Assembly: GCF_000007005.1 (NCBI RefSeq)
Contig: NC_002754.1
DNA length: 64,000 nt
Strand: one strand, 5' to 3'
DNA from: Saccharolobus solfataricus P2
Lineage (GTDB): Archaea > Thermoproteota > Thermoprotei_A > Sulfolobales > Sulfolobaceae
Shown: piece after piece, positions 32,137 to 43,759 of the stretch
Numbering within the stretch: the stretch's first letter is position 1
Layout: each line of letters starts with the position of its first letter
Notes under the pieces: model-generated
Databases searched by the model: none
What the model was told of the DNA's origin: nothing
Seen by the model: only the letters and a program-made list of their open reading frames with translations
Position numbers and translations under genes: made by a program

Positions 32137-33885
32137 TCATGAATTCTTAACGGTACTTAACTCCCTCTTATACGCTTCTATAATTCCATCGTATGTTAAA
32201 ATTCCTAGAAACTTACCCTTATCCACAACTGCAACCCACCTAGTCTTGTTAGTAGCCATCACCTCTAATGCGTGTTCCAATGTGGATGTTAAAGATACGG
32301 AAGGAGAACCCCTAGTTATATATTTTCCCAGTTGGGATTCTGGATCAACCTTTTCTAAATCTCTTAAATAGACTACGCCTAGAAATGTATTATCATAATT
32401 AACCACCGGTAGACTCATAAAACTGTTCTCAATCATTATTCTTATAGCTTTATCCACCTTATCATCAGCGTGAACCTTTATATCTTTCAATTCACAATTT
32501 TCCACACGTATAGTAGCCATTAATGGAGTTTCATATTCAGCTTTATGAGCTGGGGAGTCCCTTCTCGTTGGCAGTTGAGAAATATATATTGTACTATTTC
32601 CGGAAACTAAATAGGAAATAGCGACAGCAACCATAGCACCCGGCAGTAACTGAAGACTTGAGGTCATTTCTGTTACCATTATTAGAACTGATAAGGGGAC
32701 CTTTCCCGCCCCAGCAAAGAAGCTCATCATACCTATGATAACGAATGGAGCTATGTCGGGCACAACGCTTGGAAATAAATAGTGGAACATTAATCCAATA
32801 CTTGCGCCTATATATGCACCTATAAATAACCCCGGAGCGAAAACTCCACCACTGCCACCAGAACCTACAGAGAATGAAGTCGCTATGATTTTTAAAAATG
32901 GTAATATTACTATTAATATAATCGCCGGGAGCACTGGGGAATATAGTGCGAAAAACTTCTCATATTCCACCAGGTTAATCCAACCGTACCCAGTGCCAAG
33001 GATCTCTGGAGCTAATAATGCAATTACTCCAGTGACAAGCCCACCTATTGCTGGTTTCACGTGATCGGTTATTCGTAATTTTTTAAAGAGCGAATTAATT
33101 CCATAGAAGGTCTTAGGATATAATATTGCCACTAAACCAGAAACTAGGCCTAAGACTGCATACATTGGCAACCTTAGTGGGTCAAAAGTTCCAGTGTAAT
33201 AACCGAAAACTGGCGTAAAACCAAATATACTTCCGAAAATGGTATAACCTATTGCTGAGGCTATTAATGCAGGATATATTACTTCTGGTTCTAAATCCCT
33301 CCTATATAGAATTTCAGCGGCTAAGATAGCCCCTCCAATTGGTGTTTTAAAGATTGTACCTATTCCAGCTCCAATGCCTACAGCTACTGCCCTTCTTCTA
33401 TCCTCTGGACTAAGATGTAGTAAGTCAGCAATAACAGAGCCTACTCCAGCTGAAAACTGCGCAGTTGGTCCTTCTCTACCTGCACTACCTCCAGAACCTA
33501 TTGTAATAGCGGAAGCTATTATTTTAACTGGAATAACTACCCATTTTACCTTGCCTTGAAAATAATGATAAGCCTTTATTGCTGCATCCGTACCATGTCC
33601 CTCAGCCTCTGGGGCGAAAGTATAAACGATTAGTCCAGAAATTAAACCGCCAATCGCTGTTGAAATGGGTATAAGAAGGTAGTTCCCGGGATGAAAGACA
33701 AAATTTAATGTTCCTCCCTCACCAAGTGGTCTAGGATAACTCATCCCAATAAGATGAAATAAAAATATGTCCTCAAACACATGTAATAGTAAGTAGAATG
33801 TAGTTGCTGCTAGCCCTGCTACTACACCTAAAACTATTCCTAGGATAAACCACTTCTCGAAATAGGGTAATGAGGATAAGTTCAT
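32137..33885 (-). CDS. CLC chloride channel/antiporter with C-terminal CBS pair
   Basis: [19 protein letters not shown] signatures; probable ATG at 33885. Confidence 0.93.
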   Translation of the reverse strand: MNLSSLPYFEKWFILGIVLGVVAGLAATTFYLLLHVFEDIFLFHLIGMSYPRPLGEGGTLNFVFHPGNYLLIPISTAIGGLISGLIVYTFAPEAEGHGTDAAIKAYHYFQGKVKWVVIPVKIIASAITIGSGGSAGREGPTAQFSAGVGSVIADLLHLSPEDRRRAVAVGIGAGIGTIFKTPIGGAILAAEILYRRDLEPEVIYPALIASAIGYTIFGSIFGFTPVFGYYTGTFDPLRLPMYAVLGLVSGLVAILYPKTFYGINSLFKKLRITDHVKPAIGGLVTGVIALLAPEILGTGYGWINLVEYEKFFALYSPVLPAIILIVILPFLKIIATSFSVGSGGSGGVFAPGLFIGAYIGASIGLMFHYLFPSVVPDIAPFVIIGMMSFFAGAGKVPLSVLIMVTEMTSSLQLLPGAMVAVAISYLVSGNSTIYISQLPTRRDSPAHKAEYETPLMATIRVENCELKDIKVHADDKVDKAIRIMIENSFMSLPVVNYDNTFLGVVYLRDLEKVDPESQLGKYITRGSPSVSLTSTLEHALEVMATNKTRWVAVVDKGKFLGILTYDGIIEAYKRELSTVKNS

Positions 33886-34036
33886 ATCATATAAAAGGAT
33901 ATTAATAATAAAACTTTGACTCACTATTAGATAACGATCCAGTATTTATATCAATGTACACTTTTTAAGTTTATAATTACAATTAATACTAAGTAAAGTT
34001 TTTTAATATCATACAAACACTTTTATATGATATCAT

Positions 34037-35995
34037 ATGGTACAAGAAATTACAGAAAATATTAAAGAAATAGAGGAAAAAGTTGATTATAATACAAGGA
34101 TTTATAGAGAAATTTATAGGGAAAGCATAGAGAACCCAGGTAAATTCTGGGGTAAATTAGGTGAGGATTTAATTGACTGGTTTGAACCTTGGAAGGAGAT
34201 CTATAAGCAAGAAACTCTTACAAAGTGGTTCTTAGGAGGAAAACTAAACGCAAGTTATAATGCAATTGATAGACATTTGAACAGTAGTAGAAAGTTTAAA
34301 GCCGCGATAATTTGGGAATCTGAAAAAGGGGAGAGAAAAATACTTACCTATCAAGACTTATTTTACGAAGTTAATAGATGGGCTAATGCGTTAAAGCAAT
34401 TAGGTGTAAAAAAAGGTGACAGGGTTACAATTTACATGCCTTTAACCCCAGAAGGAGTTACAGCAATGTTAGCGTGTGCCAGAATAGGTGCAATTCACAG
34501 TGTGGTATTTGCTGGTTTTGGTTCCCAAGCGTTAGCCGATAGAATTGCCGATGCACAATCGAAGATTGTCATTACTGCAGACGGATATTATAGAAAGGGT
34601 AGACTCATAGAGCTTAAGAAGACCGTTGATGATGCTTTATCGAAATTACAAGATAATTCCGTAAAGAATATTATAATATTTAGGAGGATTGGGATAGAAA
34701 TTCCATTTAAAGAAGGAAGAGATGTGTTTTTTGATGAAATAGGAAAGTATAAATATATCGAACCAGAACCAGTAGAGGCCACTCATCCGTTATTCATCCT
34801 TTATACTTCTGGGACTACCGGTAAACCTAAGGGTATAGTACACTCAACTGGTGGATATCTTGTAGGCACAGCTACAATGTTGTTATGGAGTTATGGATTA
34901 AGCCAAGAAAATGATGTATTATTCAATACTTCAGACATTGGCTGGATTGTAGGACACTCATACATAACATATTCACCGCTCGTGATGGGTAGAAGTGTAG
35001 TAATATATGAGAGTGCACCTGATTATCCAACTCCCGATAAATGGGCTGAACTAATTGAGAAGTATAAGGCTACGACTTTTGGAACTTCTGCAACATTCTT
35101 AAGGTATCTGATGAAATATGGTGAAGATTACATTAAAGCTCATGACTTATCCTCGCTTAGAATAATAGTAACAAATGGAGAACCGCTAAATTACGCTCCG
35201 TGGAAATATGGGTTAGAAATTATAGGTAAGGGTAGGGTGTTTATGTCACATCAGTGGTGGCAAACTGAGACTGGAGCTCCGAATTTAGGTTACATGCCGG
35301 GATATCCAATCTTCTTAACCATGAAATCTGGCCCAGCGTCCGGTTTCCCATTACCGGGTAATAAAATAAAAGTTGTCGACGAAAATGGAAATCCGACCAG
35401 GCCTAGAGAGAGAGGTTACCTAATAATTGAACCACCATTTCCACCAATGATGATGATAGGTATGTGGAACGACGATGGAAATGAGAGGGTTATTAAGACT
35501 TACTTTAGTAAATTCCCCAACTTATATTATACTGGAGACTTTGCCATGATAGATGAAGATGGATACGTGTGGGTATCTGGAAGAGCAGATGAGACATTGA
35601 AGATAGCTGGGCATAGAATAGGAGCAGGTGAAGTTGAGTCTGCAATAACCTCGCACCCTGCAGTAGCAGAGGCAGCTGTAATAGGCATTCCAGATCCAGT
35701 GAAAGGAGAGATCGCTCACGCATTCGTTGTGTTAAAACAAGGGTATCATCAAAACAATGAGTTATCTAAGGAAATACAAGAACATGTGAGGAAAATTATG
35801 GGGCCCATAGTATTATTAGAGGTACATTTCGTTAATGCGTTACCTAAAACTAGGTCTGGTAAAGTAATGAGAAGAGTAATAAAAGCTGTTATGACGGGAT
35901 CTAATATAGGAGATATTTCGACGTTAGAAGATGAGGCATCAATGGAAGAAATTAAAAAAGCTATAGAGGTATTGAGAAGACAGTTAAACCCATGA
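34037..35995 (+). CDS. acs: AMP-forming acetyl-CoA synthetase
   Basis: [34 protein letters not shown]. Confidence 0.93.
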
Positions 35996-37066
35996 AATTA
36001 CTGTCTTTATTTCTCCCTTGGGTTTTGTATATAATACTTCTGGAGCTTGCTCTGGTTTAATAACTCTAGTTATCATTCTATTTAATACACTTGGATATCT
36101 ATATTTCCAGATTGTAAGATAATTCACACCGTTTTCAAAGTCCTTCTTACTGGCATTAACACTCCCAAATAATAAAATGTTATTTTCTACAAGATATGTT
36201 ATTAAATCAGCATTAACCTCAAATTTCTCTCCACCGGTAGTGCCAAATAGTATAATTGCTGAGTTCTTGTTTAACCTACTCATTAGGGGAATAAACGCTG
36301 ATGGATACCCTGAAGTGTCTATAAGTAAGTCTATTGTATTAGGTAGTCGATCTTTATTAGTATTTATAAATTTAGCATTGCTCTTCTCTACGATCTCAGC
36401 CTCAATTGGAAAAGGATCTCTCTTATTCAAAACAAATGCATTAAAACCTTGAATAGAGAACATTAAGGAAAACATGAGACCTATTGGCCCAGATCCTACT
36501 ATTGCAACATTTCTACAATTATAACTGCCGTCCTTACACCACCATGTCATTCTTCTTTGCACTAGCATTAGCTCACTATAAGCCTTTACCACATTGGAAA
36601 GTGGCTCAAGCAAAACTGCGATATCAACTATTTCATCTGGTATTTTAACTAAATAGCTTGCATTATCTATATAAAATTCCCTCATAAAACCGTCTAAACC
36701 TCTAATTCCAGCTTCCACAAATTCCCCAGTTTCACAAAAATCTTGCCTTCCAGCTAAACAATTGGAACACTTTCCACATCCCCTTCTAACTATCGAGACT
36801 ACGTAGTCGCCTTTACCTAAGCCATGTACCTCTGGTCCCTTATCAATCACTTGACCCAAATTTTCATGTCCTAACACTAAATCATTTTTTCCATTTGGTG
36901 GTCGAGAGAATTTCAATAAGCCAGAAACAATACCACGATCAGTTCCACAAATGCCATTTGCTATCGTTTTAACTAAAACTTCATCTGCGGTGAGTGATCG
37001 ATGTATATCGTTTATCTCTTTAACATGCACTCCTTTGTTTGGTGGATTAACTACTATTGCCTTCAT
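35984..37066 (-). CDS. gdh: Zn-dependent glucose dehydrogenase (MDR family)
   Basis: CGTD, GHE, structural Zn CGKCSNC...C, EPLS, GSGPIG, GSVNA; resembles archaeal glucose dehydrogenases. Confidence 0.85.
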
Positions 37067-37190
37067 AAAAGTATAATCGCATTTAAATTTTTAAACGTAG
37101 GAGAACTTAATACCAATTATGAATTTAGTTATCTCACGCTTAAGGATTATAGGAAGCTAATATCTATCGCTATGTTGTAATGGAGATTAT

Positions 37191-37514
37191 CGCTATAGTC
37201 AGCAGTTTTAGATAAATATTGTTGGTTCATTTAATGTAATTGTGCTAGGTGCTTCACCAAATGTGGACTTGTCCCAAATACTTGGTGCTAAAAAACGCAA
37301 GATGCGTAGTTTCTCGGCATCCGTAAACTGACGTTAGTTAGGAGTTCTCTGCAACAAATCCTATGATAGAATTTTGAGTATAGTATTTGTTAGCTACTTA
37401 TATAGGTTATTCCGCTAATGGGCGAAAAGGATGAAGGGAATAAGAGTCCGTGACTTTGGTGAATCCAAAGGGCTGAGAGTTGGATTCATGAAAATTCAAC
37501 GAAGCCAAAATCCC
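37191..37514 (+). mobile_element. Non-autonomous IS607-family deletion derivative retaining the left-end motif and the omegaRNA-like right end
   Basis: 37199-37216 matches IS left end 4746-4763 at 17/18 nt; 37405-37514 aligns with IS 6531-6639. Confidence 0.8.
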
Positions 37515-37575
37515 TAAAAACCCTCTTTATTTATCGTAAACACATATTTATAAAGTAAGGTAATAGATAATAAAT

Positions 37576-38409
37576 GTGAATATAGAGACTTTAATGATAA
37601 AAAATCCACCAATACTATCTAAAGAGGATAGATTAGGCTCAGCGTTTAAGAAAATAAATGAAGGAGGAATAGGTAGAATAATTGTAGCTAATGAAAAAAT
37701 AGAAGGACTGTTGACAACTAGAGACCTTTTATCTACTGTAGAATCGTATTGCAAAGACAGTTGCAGCCAAGGCGACCTGTATCATATTTCTACTACGCCG
37801 ATAATAGATTACATGACTCCTAACCCTGTTACAGTTTACAATACAAGTGATGAGTTCACTGCAATAAACATAATGGTTACGAGGAATTTCGGATCATTGC
37901 CGGTAGTTGATATAAATGATAAACCCGTGGGAATTGTGACGGAGAGAGAATTCTTACTGCTTTACAAGGATCTAGACGAGATATTCCCAGTAAAGGTTTT
38001 TATGTCAACTAAAGTTCAGACTATTTATAAGGAAGTTAGGTTAGACCAAGCGGTTAAGTTGATGTTGAGGAGGGGATTTAGAAGATTGCCCGTCATTGAC
38101 GATGATAATAAGGTAGTAGGAATAGTAACTGTCGTAAATGCTATTAAGCAGTTAGCTAAGGCGGTAGATAAATTGGATCCGGATTACTTCTATGGCAAGG
38201 TAGTAAAAGACGTCATGGTCACAAACTTAGTGACTATTGATGAGCTAGCCTCGGTTAATAGAGCAGCAGCAGAAATGATTGTAAAGAGAATAGGTTCCCT
38301 ATTAATATTGAACAAGGATAATACCATAAGAGGTATAATCACTGAAAGAGATTTGTTAATAGCTTTACATCATATTCTTGTTATGGAGAAATTTAAGGAA
38401 AAACTTTAA
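37576..38409 (+). CDS. Four-CBS-domain protein
   Basis: Repeated CBS motifs (GLLTTRD, GIVTERE, RRLPV, GIITERD); GTG start. Confidence 0.92.
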   Translation: MNIETLMIKNPPILSKEDRLGSAFKKINEGGIGRIIVANEKIEGLLTTRDLLSTVESYCKDSCSQGDLYHISTTPIIDYMTPNPVTVYNTSDEFTAINIMVTRNFGSLPVVDINDKPVGIVTEREFLLLYKDLDEIFPVKVFMSTKVQTIYKEVRLDQAVKLMLRRGFRRLPVIDDDNKVVGIVTVVNAIKQLAKAVDKLDPDYFYGKVVKDVMVTNLVTIDELASVNRAAAEMIVKRIGSLLILNKDNTIRGIITERDLLIALHHILVMEKFKEKL

Positions 38410-38433
38410 ACTATTTTCGATTTAGTAATTCAC

Positions 38434-38814
38434 ATGAAGGAAATAATTTTCACGGAGAAAGCTCCTAAGCCAATAGGTCCATACTCTCAAGGAGTGAAGG
38501 TTGGAGATATACTTTACGTATCAGGACAAATTCCAGTAGATCCTAAAACTAACGAAGTAGTAGGCAAAAACATAGAAGAACAGACAATTAGGGTTATTGA
38601 AAACATAAAAGCTGTTCTAGAAGCAGCAGGTTATATGTTAGATGACGTAGTAATGTCCTTTGTTTATCTAAAAGATATAAAGGACTTTCAAAGATTTAAT
38701 GAAGTTTATTCGAAATATTTCAGTAATAAACCTCCCGCGAGAGTTACTGTAGAAGTTTCAAGATTACCAAGAGACGTATTAATAGAAATAACTGTTATAG
38801 CTCAGAAGAGTTAA
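38434..38814 (+). CDS. ridA: RidA/YjgF family enamine/imine deaminase
   Basis: [32 protein letters not shown]...IEI. Confidence 0.92.
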   Translation: MKEIIFTEKAPKPIGPYSQGVKVGDILYVSGQIPVDPKTNEVVGKNIEEQTIRVIENIKAVLEAAGYMLDDVVMSFVYLKDIKDFQRFNEVYSKYFSNKPPARVTVEVSRLPRDVLIEITVIAQKS

Positions 38815-38999
38815 GAAAAAATCTTTTTCAATAGCTTTTCTACGTGTGGACAATCCAGATCGAATAGATTATGATTCCCGTGTTCAACGCAGCTTGCTTG
38901 GATTGGTTTACCTTCTAATAAGACAACGCTAGCCTCATCGTCTTCCCATATCGTATACGCTAGTCCTTCGAACACTTTCTTAGCCATTGGCTCTATCAT
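38811..38999 (-). CDS. Small hypothetical protein with Cys/His cluster
   Basis: 62 aa; SCVEHGNH...CPHV. Confidence 0.6.
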   Translation of the reverse strand: MIEPMAKKVFEGLAYTIWEDDEASVVLLEGKPIQASCVEHGNHNLFDLDCPHVEKLLKKIFS

Positions 39000-39036
39000 T
39001 CTTTTTCACCGATCCTTTTATTTTATATAACTGTCA

Positions 39037-41046
39037 TCAATAGTTTATAAGCTTTTCTGCTTCACTGTTCAGATTATTAATGTCTATATTATAATCTTCG
39101 ACCAAAATTTCTTCCAATCTCTTATTTATTTCTAACATGCTAATTTCACCCTTCAACCCCATCGTTATAAGATCTTTGAATTCCGCAGGTACATAATCAA
39201 GTCTAGGCGTTGCGTTGTGAAAATCATCCAAGGCTTGTTTTCTCTTTTCTGGATTCTTTACCGCTTCTTCGATTTCGTTTTCTAGCCATTCGGGAAATGG
39301 AAAATTATTAGTAAGAGATACGTAAAGGGATACTGAAAAAGAGTAAACGTCAAACATGGTTTCGGCTCTATTACCAAATCTTTGTAAGGGATGAGCATAG
39401 TAGGGAGTATAGTGCATTACCGGAGTACCTATTTTTACCGAAGAACCCAAATCAGATAATTTAGGTACAACTTCAAAATTGAGCAAAGAATTTAGAGCAT
39501 CTTCACCGTATCTTGGCAGTTTCTTATTGAACAAAATATTAGATGGTTTTATGTCACAATGTGTATATCCCTCTTTATGAACTTCTATAACGGCCTTGGC
39601 AATTTTAGAAAATATTAAAGCTACCACTTGAGGCCATTTAACGGAATGACGCAAAGCAGAATACTCTTGATCCACTAGGATTGACCTTAAGTCACCTCCT
39701 TCCATATATTCCATTATTATTGCGGGTGGAGAACTGAAGTAATCTGTCCAGTTCTCATCTAGAAAACTAGCGAATATTTTAACTAAGTATTCAGACCTCT
39801 TAGAGATTTCTTGCATTTTTGCAACTTCATAAAGCATCTCTATAAAAGTATACTCCTTCTTCATCACTTTCATAGCGTATTTCTTACCATTCCTCTCAAC
39901 TAATAGTACATAACCCATACCGCCATTTCCCAACAATTGCTTTACCTCATATCCATAGAGTACATAACTTAACCAAGCAGTTGCATCAAATGGTTCTGGT
40001 ATGTATAGTTTGTATGATCTAGTCTTCATGCACGCGTCAATTATACCTTCCCTACACGCGTAAAGAAACTCCCTTTCAGCTTGAGATGGAGCATTCAAAC
40101 CTTCTAAAGCTAAACCTTTTATGTATGCAGAACCAGCGTTACGCTTAATTTTCTCTGCCTTCTCAATAACCTCTAACGCTTCCCTATATCTCTCATTACC
40201 TATCAAAGACCACGCATATAACAAGAGGTTATGGAATGTTGGTACTCTTTTAACAGCTTCTTCAAAGTATTTTACCGCTTCCTCAAATTTTCTTTTGTTA
40301 ACATAATGCCACCCTAATTCAATAAGCGGTGCATCATACGTTGGTAGCATCTTAACTGAGTCTATTAAGAGTTTCACATTCCCCTCTTTCCTATACTCCT
40401 CAATAATTGCGTTTACCTTGCTTCTTATCTTACTTTCCAATTCCCTATACTTCTCCTCAGATAAAAATGAGTAAATCTTTAAGGCTTCCAACTCGTCTCC
40501 TATTCTCTCCATGCATTGAGCTACTGCTAAGGAAACCTCTGGGTCGGAAACTCTCAGTTCTTTATAATATCTTACTGCATCATCACATTTCTCAAATTTA
40601 ACTAAAGATAAAATGGAATGATTAACTATACTAGAATCATTCCTAAAACTATTTAATGCGTATAACGCTACCTTGTAGTCTCTATTTATAGCCTCGATTA
40701 TCTCGACTTTAGAACCTAAAGCAATAGGTATACCATATATAATCATATATGGAAAGTTTAATTTAGGATTAGAAATATTTCCAAAATATACATATATTGT
40801 ATTACCATATTCAAATAAATACATATTCAACTTATCTACTTTCTCCTTCAATACTGCTTGCGTAATTACATTGCTATCGTTTACTCTCACTACCTTATAA
40901 TCATATAAAACTTTAACCTTACCTGCGTCATAAATAACACCATATCCTATCACATCATCTTTAGTCTTTATCTTACCGTCAAAAGGCCTAATTACGCCAT
41001 CAACGTATAAATATTTCTGATCATCTAACTGTAATACTAACTTCAC
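39037..41046 (-). CDS. TPR-containing eukaryote-like Ser/Thr protein kinase
   Basis: TPR-like helices, then GNGGMG, AMK, HCDIKPSN, DLG, YTPYY, DVYSF. Confidence 0.92.
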   Translation of the reverse strand: MKLVLQLDDQKYLYVDGVIRPFDGKIKTKDDVIGYGVIYDAGKVKVLYDYKVVRVNDSNVITQAVLKEKVDKLNMYLFEYGNTIYVYFGNISNPKLNFPYMIIYGIPIALGSKVEIIEAINRDYKVALYALNSFRNDSSIVNHSILSLVKFEKCDDAVRYYKELRVSDPEVSLAVAQCMERIGDELEALKIYSFLSEEKYRELESKIRSKVNAIIEEYRKEGNVKLLIDSVKMLPTYDAPLIELGWHYVNKRKFEEAVKYFEEAVKRVPTFHNLLLYAWSLIGNERYREALEVIEKAEKIKRNAGSAYIKGLALEGLNAPSQAEREFLYACREGIIDACMKTRSYKLYIPEPFDATAWLSYVLYGYEVKQLLGNGGMGYVLLVERNGKKYAMKVMKKEYTFIEMLYEVAKMQEISKRSEYLVKIFASFLDENWTDYFSSPPAIIMEYMEGGDLRSILVDQEYSALRHSVKWPQVVALIFSKIAKAVIEVHKEGYTHCDIKPSNILFNKKLPRYGEDALNSLLNFEVVPKLSDLGSSVKIGTPVMHYTPYYAHPLQRFGNRAETMFDVYSFSVSLYVSLTNNFPFPEWLENEIEEAVKNPEKRKQALDDFHNATPRLDYVPAEFKDLITMGLKGEISMLEINKRLEEILVEDYNIDINNLNSEAEKLINY

Positions 41047-41189
41047 ACTAACTCTGTTCTAAGGAATATCTTAAGTAACTTAAATCACATAATACCTCGT
41101 CTTCACTAAGAGCCATATTATAGCCAAATTATAGACACCACATCTTTTATACCTTTTAAAACGTCTTTCTTCAGAGTTTTCTGAGCTAT

Positions 41190-41987
41190 TTAAATTTTCG
41201 AAATCCTCTCATAATCCTCATCACTTAGATTCCATCCTAAAGCTCCAAGTATCTCATCAATATGATCTTTACTAGAAGCCTTAGGTATTGGGATTGATCT
41301 TCTCAAAAGGTAATTTAAGGCTACTTGAACAGAGGTCTTATTGTATTTTCGTCCAATCTCCTCTAGTATTTTATTGTTTTTAGCATTTCCCCTAGCGAGA
41401 GGAGAATACGCTATGACTTTTATATTATTCCTTTCGCAGAACGGTATAACATCCTTTTCCGCACTTTTATTTTCAACATTATACTCTATTTCATTTGCAG
41501 TTATTTCATATTTCTTAGTTATCGACATTGTTTCTTCTAAAAGTTTAATATCAAAATTGCTTACTCCAATACAATTTACAATGCCTTGATCTACCAACTC
41601 CTCCATTGCTCTTAAACTTTCCTCTAGTGGTACAGAGGAATTCGGCCAATGGATTAAGTATAGGTCAATATACTTCGCGTTAAGCCTTTTTAGACTATTT
41701 TTAGCAGACCTAATTAAATCATCGTACTTCAGATGATTAGACCATACCTTAGTTATAATGAAAATTTTATCCCTATCAAAATTCTCTATAGCTTTTCCAA
41801 CAAGTTCTTCAGAATGTCCTCCACCATACATTTCCGCAGTATCGATAACGTTTATTCCCTTACTTATCACATACTTTAATATTTCTATATAATGGGAATC
41901 CTTAGAATAATCTGGATTCCAATACCCTCCTCCAATTTTCCAAGTCCCAAAACCAATTTGTGAGACGTCCTTATTACATAACCTCAT
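41190..41987 (-). CDS. Aldo/keto reductase
   Basis: IGFGTW, IDTAEMYG, TKVW, DLYLIHWP, GVSNF, AYSPL, PIPK. Confidence 0.93.
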   Translation of the reverse strand: MRLCNKDVSQIGFGTWKIGGGYWNPDYSKDSHYIEILKYVISKGINVIDTAEMYGGGHSEELVGKAIENFDRDKIFIITKVWSNHLKYDDLIRSAKNSLKRLNAKYIDLYLIHWPNSSVPLEESLRAMEELVDQGIVNCIGVSNFDIKLLEETMSITKKYEITANEIEYNVENKSAEKDVIPFCERNNIKVIAYSPLARGNAKNNKILEEIGRKYNKTSVQVALNYLLRRSIPIPKASSKDHIDEILGALGWNLSDEDYERISKI

Positions 41988-41989
41988 GA

Positions 41990-43603
41990 TTATCTCACCT
42001 TGTCTACTATAACTTGAATCACAGCTATTTTATTCTCTCTTCTCATTTTCTCTAAGCCCCTTATTAAGGCAGGCTTAATCTCCCAAGGATCCTCAACTAG
42101 TTCATAGTAGCCATGAAAAGTTTCAACAGTCTTCCCAATCTCGAACCTTCTATCAAAATCTGCGCCAGGATAATACTTTTTACTTTTTGCTAAACCCTCA
42201 GGAAAAACCTCATCTACTGCCTCAGCTGATGCCAACCAGCCACCATTATCATAAATCACAACCATCGTCGGATATTTCGATGCTACATAATAGAAGGCTT
42301 CCGGAACGCCAAATATAAATGAGCCATCACCAGTAGTGATAAGTACGTCCTTGTTAGTAGCTATCTTATATCCAACGCCAGCACCTAATGCGAAGCCTAG
42401 ATATCCTACGGACAAGTCAGCAAAGTAAGAACCAAACTCATTTAGCCTAGCGTATCTAGGATTAAATTGATACTCATTAAATATTACCAAATTGTACTCA
42501 GACGCAACAATTCCAATTTCATATGATAAATATTTCGGATGAATTGGTTTCTTATCCTTTAATCTCTCAATCTCTTGCTTCTTATATTCTTCTTGCTTAG
42601 CCCTTAGCTCCTTAATCTCGTCATAACTCTTCGGTCTAATCGAAATATAATCAAAGAAGTTGCTGGGTGTGGATTGTATACATAGATCACATCTAAAGCC
42701 ATAATATGGAATGTAAGAATAAGATGGATCAACATCAATCTTAACTATTGGAATATCTAGGTCAATTTTCTTCGGAAAATACGGCACTTCTGCCTCCACT
42801 ACTAATAACAAATCACTATTTCGTAAATCAAACCTATCCAAAGCCATTGGTCCACTGCTGGGATAATTCAAAACCTCGCCAGCGTAGTTCAGAACTGGAA
42901 TATTATAATTATCTGCAAATCTCCTTAGGGATTCAAACCATTCTTTTCTCCTTCCAGCCCTCCATGTTATAATTAGTGGTCTTTCTGACTTTTCCAGCAT
43001 TTCCTTAGCCTTGTTAATTTTATCCGGAGAAGGTGCGGGTTCATAATAATCCATTGGTATTCTCCTAGCTTCATTAACTTCTTGAATGCTAACTTCTCTT
43101 GGCAAAACAATATATACTGGACCTCTTGGTTCACTCATCATTATTTGAATTGCTCTAGATACTACTGCTGGTAACTGATCAGCCATCCTAATTTCAAAAT
43201 CGTACTTGACATATTGCCTAACCAATTCTCCTTGATCCCTAGCCTCTTGTGTCCAGTGGATTCTCAAGTTCCTGCTTGCAGTATTGCCTTTCTCAGTATA
43301 TGGACTCCTCCCCGCAATAACTAAAAGTGGTATTCTGGAAGTGAACGCACTCATAATACCTCCCAATGCGTTTGCCGTTCCAGGTGTAGTGTGAACTGCA
43401 ACAGCACTTAGCTTATTGCCTAGTGCGTAACCTATTGCAGTTGATATAGCAGTAATCTCATGAGGTACTATTTCAAATTCTGGTAAACTGGAATCTTCGA
43501 CCTTAGCCTCTATTAATGAAGCGTAATCCGTACCAGATACTATAAATATTTTATTTACCCCGCTTTCTTTAAGAAGAGATAAAAATAGCCTTCCGGCATT
43601 CAT
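41990..43603 (-). CDS. Thiamine-diphosphate-dependent enzyme (ALS/decarboxylase-like)
   Basis: PHE catalytic Glu, PGTAN, GDGSF...DNGG ThDP motif; probable ATG at 43603. Confidence 0.88.
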   Translation of the reverse strand: MNAGRLFLSLLKESGVNKIFIVSGTDYASLIEAKVEDSSLPEFEIVPHEITAISTAIGYALGNKLSAVAVHTTPGTANALGGIMSAFTSRIPLLVIAGRSPYTEKGNTASRNLRIHWTQEARDQGELVRQYVKYDFEIRMADQLPAVVSRAIQIMMSEPRGPVYIVLPREVSIQEVNEARRIPMDYYEPAPSPDKINKAKEMLEKSERPLIITWRAGRRKEWFESLRRFADNYNIPVLNYAGEVLNYPSSGPMALDRFDLRNSDLLLVVEAEVPYFPKKIDLDIPIVKIDVDPSYSYIPYYGFRCDLCIQSTPSNFFDYISIRPKSYDEIKELRAKQEEYKKQEIERLKDKKPIHPKYLSYEIGIVASEYNLVIFNEYQFNPRYARLNEFGSYFADLSVGYLGFALGAGVGYKIATNKDVLITTGDGSFIFGVPEAFYYVASKYPTMVVIYDNGGWLASAEAVDEVFPEGLAKSKKYYPGADFDRRFEIGKTVETFHGYYELVEDPWEIKPALIRGLEKMRRENKIAVIQVIVDKVR

Positions 43604-43759
43604 AACTAAATATTTTATCATGAATATAAAATACTACCTTTCCTCCCGAAGAAAATATTAAAGATCGATAATTTATTGTATTACGAAAAACGAATAGTGA
43701 GTATTGTTACTTTAAGAAACTAGGAAAAATTAATATACTATAAGTTCGAAATTAAAACG

